Shown one piece after another: positions 10,566 through 19,300 of a DNA stretch of 64,000 bases. Every line of letters starts with the position of its first letter. Position 1 is the first letter of the stretch. A program made the translations under genes and the position numbers. Source of the DNA: Phascolarctobacterium sp. (GTDB taxonomy: Bacteria > Bacillota > Negativicutes > Acidaminococcales > Acidaminococcaceae); assembly GCA_017467905.1 (NCBI GenBank), contig JAFUKD010000024.1, positions 25,958 through 89,957 on the forward strand. Reading direction: 5' to 3'. The notes under the pieces were generated by a model. The model saw nothing but the letters and a program-made list of their open reading frames with translations, had not been told where the DNA came from and did no database searches.

Positions 10566-10626
10566 AAAAAACGCTCCGTTAGTTATGATACTTTTCTGTG
10601 TATCACCCTCATCTGAGCGTTTTTTC
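10566..10626 (-). repeat. Island-distal att-like unit L2 (candidate attL). Carries the 24-nt direct repeat of the rlmH 3' end inside an imperfect palindrome
   Basis: AACGCTCCGTTAGTTATGATACTT at 10570-10593 is identical to 45854-45877. Arms AACGCTC..ATGATAC / GTATCAC..GAGCGTT form a roughly 22-bp-arm inverted repeat flanked by A and T runs. Confidence 0.6.
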
Positions 10627-11007
10627 AACGCATCCATTTATGATAACTTCACTTAGTCATATTATACCACAAATTTTACTGTGATATTTACACACATATA
10701 TTATGGAAGAAAATTTACGATAGTGTCAATAGGGTCACTAGTGTCACTATTTTCTTACAAAAAGTTTCTCTTCTCCCGATTGGTCATTTTGTATCAACAA
10801 AATTTTGCAGATGGTTATGGTTTTACCAAGAGTATGTGCAGTGGCTGAGCGTTTTAAGCTAGAAATATAGCTGCTTTTTTCTATGATCCATAGCTATGTG
10901 AAATTACTGTACTTTTTATTTATCGTAGCCACTGTTGCCACTATAGACACTATTTGAAGATCCATCATATATCAATGAACACCTTTTATTTATAATCACT
11001 TTGTTAG

Positions 11008-11370
11008 CTAGTCCAGTAATATTCCTCTATTAAGGACTCTACCTTGCGACATTTCATCCCTAAGTTTCTGCATAATTTTTTCAGCGTAGTAGTACCAATC
11101 ATATCCTTCTGTATCAAAATTCCAATCATCATCACTATCTGGAATCATACCTAGTTCTTCAAATATTTCATCTATTGAGTCTTTTAACTTGTTAACCTCA
11201 TCAGATATTGAAAAAGTAACAAAGTCATCTTCTGCAGCAATATCAAGAACAACATCTCTTTTCTTAATCCAAACACTTATAACTCCTGGCAACTTTTCTT
11301 CGTCACCTTTAGGATAGTATTCGTATACCAACCTATTATCCGTTACATCTTTCAAAGCAAATTCGACCAT
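11008..11370 (-). CDS. Hypothetical acidic cytoplasmic protein
   Basis: 120-aa ORF with a GGAGGTGAG RBS upstream. No recognisable motif. Confidence 0.45.
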   Translation of the reverse strand: MVEFALKDVTDNRLVYEYYPKGDEEKLPGVISVWIKKRDVVLDIAAEDDFVTFSISDEVNKLKDSIDEIFEELGMIPDSDDDWNFDTEGYDWYYYAEKIMQKLRDEMSQGRVLNRGILLD

Positions 11371-11643
11371 ATTCTCACCTCCTAATAGTAATTTCTATAT
11401 ATAAATGAACCTTAATATTTATTATTTTGTTCTATCGGCAATGTTTGTCACTTCTGACTAAATAAAATAAAGCCTATTGCGTACCGTATAGGCGACAACA
11501 CTTCTCTCGCTCTGAAAGAAAGGTTATGGCTATACTCACAACAAATGTTATAGGTATGACCACAGTAATTGTTAGATACCCAAATGGTCGCTCCAATATT
11601 CGAAACGGCTAAGACATTTAGATCTTTAATCTTAGAACACATA

Positions 11644-11686
11644 AACAAAAGAAGCTACCCTTACGGATAGCTTCTTTTGCTTTTTA
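11644..11686. terminator. Bidirectional rho-independent terminator
   Basis: Stem AAGAAGCTA...TAGCTTCTT is flanked by an A-run on the left and a T-run on the right. Lies downstream of the 11759..12139 gene. Confidence 0.6.
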
Positions 11687-11758
11687 GAGATAGGAGAAAT
11701 GAATGTATGAAAAAGCCTGAGTAAAGGCTTTCCTGCAATTGGAGAAATTAAAACCAAT

Positions 11759-12139
11759 TTATTTTTTTACTTGGTGCTTTTCAAAGAAAGCGTTGTATTC
11801 TGCTACAACCTTATTAGCATTTTCAATCGCCATATTTCTTTGCTCAACGATGTGGTTCAAATCGTCTGTCGCACCATCAATATACTTTTGGGCTGCGTCC
11901 ATATAAGCATTAACTGCATTAACCCATTTAGTAATTGCTTCTGTATCTTTAATGGAAGCAGGTGTGGGCGGAATTTGCGGAAGCACATCCGCTTGCAAAG
12001 GGTACGCAGTAACCATATTAGTTGCTTTAGGAGCGGAAGCTTGCGCTTCCTTGCTTTCCTTAACTTCTGCGTGCGCTCCGTACGCCAAGCCCAACACCAA
12101 GAATGTAGTCAACATCACTTGACTGATTTTCTTACACAT
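11759..12139 (-). CDS. Secreted hypothetical protein
   Basis: 126 aa with a signal peptide (MLTTFLVLGLAYGAHA/EV) and a helical C-terminal half. Confidence 0.5.
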   Translation of the reverse strand: MCKKISQVMLTTFLVLGLAYGAHAEVKESKEAQASAPKATNMVTAYPLQADVLPQIPPTPASIKDTEAITKWVNAVNAYMDAAQKYIDGATDDLNHIVEQRNMAIENANKVVAEYNAFFEKHQVKK

Positions 12140-12378
12140 ATCTTAACCGCCTTAACATCAGTAGTCTTAAACAGTTCCACAATGGAGATATTCATCTGTT
12201 CCGCAATACGCAGGTAAACTGACAAAGGTTGTTCTAAAACATCAATACCCCTTTCAATTTTAGAAAGCTTCGCCACGCCAATGTTCAACCGTTGTGCCAA
12301 AGCCATTTGCGTAAGCCCACGCATCCTGCGGTGGAAGATGATGTTCGTTCCAATGTACTTATAAACATTTTCGTTCAT
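12115..12378 (-). CDS. XRE-family helix-turn-helix transcriptional regulator
   Basis: 87 aa. IFHRRMRGLTQMALAQRLNIGVAKLSKIERG is a Cro/C1-type HTH. Confidence 0.7.
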   Translation of the reverse strand: MNENVYKYIGTNIIFHRRMRGLTQMALAQRLNIGVAKLSKIERGIDVLEQPLSVYLRIAEQMNISIVELFKTTDVKAVKICVRKSVK

Positions 12379-12400
12379 GCTATCCCCTCATAAACATAAA

Positions 12401-12820
12401 CTATTGCACTTTGAGTGCAGTGATAACCTTTTTGGTCAAATCTTTGCCACCAACAATCATTACATTAGCATTCACAACGCTATCCACCTTGTTAGCTTGT
12501 GCTACGCTCAAAATGGTTTCGCGAATCTTTTTGTTGATGGGGTCATACTTGCGTTGTTCAAACTTCGCCATTTGAGCATTCAGCTTGTTGGCAAGTTCAA
12601 TCTTTTCCTTATCGGTTGCAAGTACTTTTGCTTGTTCGTTGAACTGTGCTTGCAAACGAGTTTTTTCTGCAACAACTTCTTGAGCAACTTCCTTAATACC
12701 AGGATAGTTTGCCACAACAGCGTTCCAATCTACAAAACCAAGTTCAGCAGCGAAGGCACTGGTGCTAAAGCCCAAAGCCATCAACGCAGAACAAAGTAAG
12801 GTCATAAGTTTTTTCTTCAT
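12401..12820 (-). CDS. OmpH/Skp-family periplasmic chaperone
   Basis: 139 aa with a signal peptide ending FSTSAFA/AE. The coiled body (EKTRLQAQFNEQAKVLATDKEKIELANKLNAQMAKFEQRK) and C-terminal VMIVGGKDLTKKVI are typical of OmpH. Confidence 0.7.
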   Translation of the reverse strand: MKKKLMTLLCSALMALGFSTSAFAAELGFVDWNAVVANYPGIKEVAQEVVAEKTRLQAQFNEQAKVLATDKEKIELANKLNAQMAKFEQRKYDPINKKIRETILSVAQANKVDSVVNANVMIVGGKDLTKKVITALKVQ

Positions 12821-12837
12821 TTAATATATATCTCCTG

Positions 12838-13284
12838 TTATTCAATTTCTTTCCAAATTTTCGCCATAATGGAAGCGTATTCGCCTTCGAGGAACTTAAC
12901 GGTTTCTGCAATGATGGCATTTACCAAAGCAGGGTCAAAAGCATCATCTTTAGAAACGATGCATGCGTTAAGAAGCAAATCGCCTTCATTAGTGATAATA
13001 AACTTAAACACGCGGTAATTATTATTCATTTCGTTAAGGAAAGCTGCAATTTTAGCGAAAGCTTCGCCTTTTACGAGAGCAGGAGCAAGTTGTACTTGTA
13101 AGAGTGCGTAAACGCTTTTGTCAAGAAGCACTGCGAACGGCAGAGTTTGACCTTTAACTTGCATCAAGCTACGGAACACAGCGGTTTCGTTTTCGTCATT
13201 GCGTTCTTCCACTTGGAAGCATTCAATTTTATTTTCAGCAAAGAAGTCTTTAAGTTTAGTAGTTTTTACATTAATATTTTCCAT
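12838..13284 (-). CDS. YbjN-like / secretion-chaperone-like small cytoplasmic protein
   Basis: 148 aa, acidic, no signal peptide. The fold assignment rests only on general resemblance to the YbjN family. Confidence 0.35.
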   Translation of the reverse strand: MENINVKTTKLKDFFAENKIECFQVEERNDENETAVFRSLMQVKGQTLPFAVLLDKSVYALLQVQLAPALVKGEAFAKIAAFLNEMNNNYRVFKFIITNEGDLLLNACIVSKDDAFDPALVNAIIAETVKFLEGEYASIMAKIWKEIE

Positions 13285-13306
13285 TTTGTGGTTCTCCTTG
13301 TATCTA

Positions 13307-13333
13307 GGGTGGACGGTGGCAAAGCCACCGCCC
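13307..13333 (-). promoter_or_regulatory. GC-rich hairpin just after the autotransporter stop codon (attenuator or RNA-stability element)
   Basis: Minus strand reads GGGCGGTGGC TTT GCCACCGTCCACCC. No T-run follows before the next RBS. Confidence 0.4.
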
Positions 13334-13346
13334 GATTATTATTTTT

Positions 13347-16300
13347 TTAGAAAGTTACTCTCAAGCCTGCATCTACACGCCATTTTTCGGTTACATCGCC
13401 ACCGAAGCTGCGTTCATAGGTTGCATAAAGCAGGCTGTTATCGCTCAGCTTAGCAGTGCCGCCAAGTTGCATTTCGTACCAAGTATCGCCAAAGTCGATG
13501 TTAGTACCCTTAGTTTCTTCTGCAGTGTAGTTGGTATCGAAATCGCCACCAAATTCATGAGCCAAAGCAAGTTTAGCATAGTAGCTTGCTCTTTCAGTTC
13601 TTTGACCAATGCCAAAACCAACGCGACCGATGATGCTGTTGAAGTCGTCTTGTTCAACTTGCATGGTTGCAGTTTTGCCGTAAGCAGCGAGCATATCACT
13701 GGTTGCAGTATAGTCTTTGCCTTGAACGTGACCAATGGTCAATTCAACGCTGGGGTCAAAGTAGAAGCCATTGCCTTTTTCGATGCGTTTGCCGTATTCT
13801 GCACTGATGGAAGTACCCCAAGTTTTGAAGTCGCCTTCAAGTTTGTAGCCATCGTTGTTAAATACTTCGTATTCGTTTTTCAATTGGCTACCTTTGAGGA
13901 TCAAGCCAAGGTAACGACCGTCGCCATAATCTTTGTTACCGTAAACAGAGAGGCTGGTTACAGTCATTTCGCCTTCACCACCACGGTCATAGCGGCTATC
14001 GCCTTCATTATGGCTTACTGCTACGCCCACGTTCCAACCATTGCCAACTGCTTTGTCATAGCCAACTTGGTATGCTTTGTAGTTGGTGGAGAAGTTGGTG
14101 TTTTGAGCATCCATTTCGTATTTACCGCCATAGTATTTAGCCCAAACGCCACTTTCTTCTGTAGCAAGGCGTACATCGCCCATGCGTTGGAGCAGGTCGT
14201 TGCTTTCGCTTCGCCACATCATAACGGTGGAAGCCATTGCAGATTTAGCGCCTTTCATCATAGCAGTTTCGCTATCACCATAGATGTAACCACTGTCAGG
14301 ATATCTTGCAGTAATGGATTCTTCGTCCAAATCACCAGTACCATTAGCAAAGTTAATGCTACCAACTTTCAATGCGCTTGCAGATGTTACGATACCTTCT
14401 GCAATTTGAGCTTCACCGAGAATATTTTTAGCATTGCTAAGCGCATTACCGTTTTCATCTTTAGCAATCATCTTCGCTGCCAAAGCTTTAAGTACTTTAG
14501 CAACTTCTTCTTTATCGCTAGTACCAATGCTATTAGTTCTTACATTCACGACGGAACCGTCAGCAGCTTTTTGGATATTAACATTACCACCAAGAATATC
14601 GTTGTCTGCATTATGACGATAGATAAAGGTAGTTTCGCCACTGTAATCTTCAACGGTCAAACCAGCGTTACTATCTTCACTCATACGGATGAAGCCTTCT
14701 TTTTCACCAGAAGCAGCACCCGCAAGTTTATCAATGGTAGTCGCATCTTCTGCGGTGTTTTCCCAAATAGCACCGTTGGAGATTTGCAAGTTAAGAGCAG
14801 AACCGGAAGCAATATCATCATGGTAACCAGTCCATACACCGCCATCATCAAGCAGTACGGTCAAATCTACGCCACCAACACTGTTACCAGTCCATTTTGC
14901 ACCGTTGGCAATGGTTGCACCAAATTTATTGTCACCATTACCTGCATATTCAACATTATCGTTCAAAGCAGAATCAGCAGTAGTCAGGCTTACAGAAGAA
15001 GCATCTGTAGGCACAACCATTCTACGAGTAAGCTTCAACACTACGGGTACTGCTTGTTCTTCTTCAACAGGTTTAGCTACGCCAAGAACAATTTTGCCGT
15101 TGATAACTACGTCGTGGTCTTTCGCTTCTTCGTTAATCTTAATCTTACCGCCATCGGTAACTTTAATTGCTGCTTCATCACCTTTAGCACCAATTTCGCC
15201 ACCTGCAAGAGTTACAGTAGAGCCTTCGCCTACATTAACAGCAATCTTGCCATTGGTTTCAGTAATATCTACCAAACCGTTGATAGTTACGTTAGCTTTA
15301 TCTTCTGCGTGCAATACGCCATGGGTTTTATCGTTATCTTTGGCACTAAGTTTAACAATATTATCATCCTTATCAGTATGGATAGTAACATCTTTGCCCT
15401 CACCGCTTGCATAGATGGCAGAAGCCTTACCATTGTTGCCTACTGCTTCTGTTGTAATGATAATGTTGCCAGCATCCTTAATTGTTACACTGCCATCTAC
15501 CGCTTCAATGCCTTTAGCTTCCTTAGCTTCGCCATTAGTTTTACCAGTAACATCAAGGTCTTTACCTTTCATTTCAAGTACAAGATTACCACTCGCGGGA
15601 CCACCAATTAAGGTAGTATTTTCTGTGGATTCTTGCGGAGCGATAATTACTTTATCAACTTCTTCATGTTCAGGTTTAGCATTGCCTTGTTGGTCAATAT
15701 CAAGCTTGCCAAAATCAACTACATTATTACCACTTTCATCCTTGCTAACGATACTTTCGCCTTTATCATTTTTAAGGCTATCGTCGTTTGTCAAATCGCC
15801 ACCGATACCGCCAAATTCTTTTTCAACAGGTTTTTCTTCAGGTTCAACAGGTTTTTCCGGTTCAACAGGTTTATCCGGAGTGGTAGGTGTATCTTCGCCA
15901 CCTTGGTTACCACCTTGGTTATCGTCACCACTAGGAGGTACTTCCGGTGCTACATCCATTTGCAAGCTATCTTTATTCAGGCTACCTTGACCAGTAGAGC
16001 TACTAAAATCAATGTTGCCGGTATGTTTACCTACGCTAGAAGCAGTCAAGCCTTCGGCAATTTGAACGTACCCTTTCAAGTTGCGTTCGCCATCAACATA
16101 GTTAGTGTAGTACAGTTTTTCTGCAAGGTTATCTAAAGTTTCAGCAACTTGTACTTTATTCAAGATGTTATACCCATCAGTACTCAAGGTAATTTTAGAA
16201 CCTTTTTCAGCATGTTCAATGGTAGTAGTACCGCCGAGAACTTTGGTTACATTGTTATCGTCACGTCTGTAGATGATTGTTGTATTACCGCTGTAATTGG

Positions 16301-19300
16301 TAATTTTCAAGTTACCAGTTTCTTGTTTGCCCTTATCTTCGATACTTGTGTTCTTAAAGCTTACGCCATTACTATTTTCTGCATGGCTAGCATCATTATG
16401 ACCAATAAATGTTTTGTTACCAGTCATATCAATAAAGCCGTTGTCCCCGATAAAGGTGTAAACTTTACTATCAGCACCTTGGTCTTTGGTAATTGCGTTT
16501 TGCCAAAGTGCCTTGTCAGTCAGTGTCAAAGTTAAACCACCATTAATTTCACCAACATCGTCAGGTTCACGTTCTGCAATGTTAAATCCGTACCAAGTAG
16601 TACCTTCACCTTCCATGGTTACGTTCATTTCGCCGTCACTAAAGCCAGTCCAGTCTGCCCCATTTTTCATATACAGGGTAACATTGCCTTCTTGACCTTT
16701 AGTTACGCCATAACCGCGGTTATCGCCATAGTTACCAGTCCAGTAGCTTTCGTCACCGTTCAAGCCTACAGTAATGTAACCTAAAGTACCCATACCGCCG
16801 TTGGTTACAAAGTCACCAATAATGGTAGTCTTGCGTTCGCCAGCACCAGTAATATTTCCGTCCTCATCTTTAACTACGTTCACGTTTACAGTTGCAGCGT
16901 TATCGGAAACAAATTCACCATAAGCACGAATAGCGCACCATGCACCATTTTTAGCTTCAAGATGTCCGCCACCGATTTCAATGTCAGAAGCAACTGCACT
17001 AAGAGCTTCGTTGTTGCACTTATCCAAATCAGCAACGATATGTACCATACCATCAATTATTACTTTAGAACGTACACCATCAAGACCGTTCATGGTCTTA
17101 ATACCAGCACCTTCTTGACCATAAGTATCAGGGTCAACACCTGCTTGAGTGTCAATCCTCACAACTCCGCCTTCGCCATTTTTAATATGTACCACGCCAC
17201 CGCCGTTAGCAAATATGCCCGCAGAAGGACCAATACAATTTTCAGTAATGGTAATATTACCAGGATTATTAATTTCAACAGTACCGCCATCAATAGCACT
17301 GATTGCCGCACCGCTACCAATACTTGTACTATTGTTATTCAACACAAGTTCATTGCCATTTAAGTTGACAATAGTTTTATAGCTTTTATCTGGATTATCC
17401 AAATCACCACTTGCATAGATAATTGCACCTATATCTTTATGCCATGGGCCACCTTCAATACGGGTTGTATCATTTCGGGTGGTGTTTTCAGTATAAGTAA
17501 TGACTTGTTCATAAACTACAGGTTCAGTTACCACATCATCTTCGTCATCATCAGGTGTGCTACCACCATCAACAACCAAATCGCCAAGGCTACCCTTACC
17601 ACTACTTGCATCAAATTTAATATTACCATTCAAAGTACCGCTTTCTTTATCAAAGGCAACTTTTTCAAGTTCGCTATTAACGCTACCTTTATTATCAATA
17701 AAGCCACCATTTAAAAGTTCTGCTGTAATTGAAGAAGCAGTCAAACCTTCGCCAATTTTCAAATAACCTTTTAAATTATTTTCGCCATTTGTATAACCAG
17801 TATAGTAAAGTTTACCTGCTAAACTATTGAGTACTTCTTCTACATTATCAACTGTAATAGCACTGGAATAGTTAGTTTGTAAGGTAAGGTTACTACCTGC
17901 TGTAGCACTTATTATAGTGATATCCCCACTACCTTGGAAATTAGTAGGTTCACCTTCTTCATAAGAATATATTACGGTTGCATTATTGTGGAACTTATCA
18001 ATAAGAATATCACCACTATTTGCGGTTTGAATTATCCTAGCATCGGCATAATTCGCCGTCGTCCCCCTGCCAACACTCAAATCCGTGCCACGGAAGTTGG
18101 TTAAATGACTTGTTACACCAGGTTCGCCATTGGTAGAAACGTTAGTCCAAGTAGCACCATCAACCAAGTACAAATTAGCAGCACCACCTTCGTTAATGAC
18201 AGCACCATTAAAATAAGCGTAACTACCTTTCATACGTGCATCAATAGCAGCATTTTCACCACCAACATACCAGTCGCCATCAATCATACCACCAACTGGA
18301 ACGGTGTTGTGTGTATATGTAGGGTCATAGCCATAGGAAGGATAACCATTGCCGTCAAATTGGATATTGCCATTATAGGCTGCTAAAGAATAATACTTAT
18401 GCTCTGCATTACCTGTAGGTACAAGGATTTGACTTCCTTTATACGGATTGTAGTTAATGTTATTGTTGCCTACATTGTACCCTACCTTGACAGCCGCAAA
18501 GCTTCCCATTAAATCGCTACCAGATGCATCAACAGTAATACCATTACCGCAAACATCCATATAGACACTACCATTTATCTCAATAGAACTTCCATTTACA
18601 TCTAACAAAATACCCGAATTATTATAACGTGCATCAGTATTGTCAGGATTATCGCAGATACCCCATTGATTAGGTTCAGTACCTTTTATCTTCACATCAC
18701 CATTAATACTTAGATAGCCACCCAAATCTGATTCTTTATTACCATCACTTCTAGTAATTGCGATACCATTACCACCATGACCACCCACCATAGTAATATT
18801 TATCCCATGGCTAGATTGAATAGCTGCACTTAAACAATCAGTAGTATTACCAAGACCAGGTTCTATCCAAATTGCGTTTGTGCGTAAGTAACTGTCTTCC
18901 GGTAATACGGTTACGATATCAATAGTTTTATCACTACCAGCTGTACCAAGTATTGCCCAGTTATCAATCGCATCATTATAAATAGCAACCGGTTTATAAT
19001 CATAATCACCATTTATTTGTATGCGTACTAAATCAGGGTTATCAGTACCAAGCCAATCCTGATAACCATTTTCTAAATATAATCCAGTTACAATCTTCTT
19101 GTCTTCAAGTTTTATAGCTTCGCTTGTATCTATAACTCCGTTCGGTGTTGCATCAACAAAAACATCATTATCATACAAAGGTGCTTCGTGATTTTTAACA
19201 TTGGGGTACGCAGGACCAGTAGTTACTTGTTCATTGTCGTTATCATCGCCACCAACATCACCACCACCAATATTAAGGTTTTCGTCAGTAATATTGCCGG

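Noticed and set aside
11448-11648. 66-aa minus-strand ORF
   Set aside because: It has no convincing RBS and a Cys/Asn-rich translation. It runs up to (about 5 nt into) the 11644-11686 terminator region, so it is probably non-coding.
13467-15611. 714-aa plus-strand ORF and many other 60-190-aa plus-strand ORFs across 13.4-22 kb
   Set aside because: They are antisense shadows of the 2910-aa autotransporter gene. They have low-complexity Ser/Thr/Phe/Ile-rich translations, no RBS context and no recognisable domains. The minus-strand ORF, in contrast, has a signal peptide, repeats and a beta-barrel domain.
15820-15885. Short tandem DNA repeats (GGTTCAACAGGTTTTTC-like units) that could be mistaken for a repeat array
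   Set aside because: They lie inside the autotransporter ORF and encode the PVEPEK spacer. There is no repeat-spacer architecture, and no CRISPR array was seen anywhere in the window.
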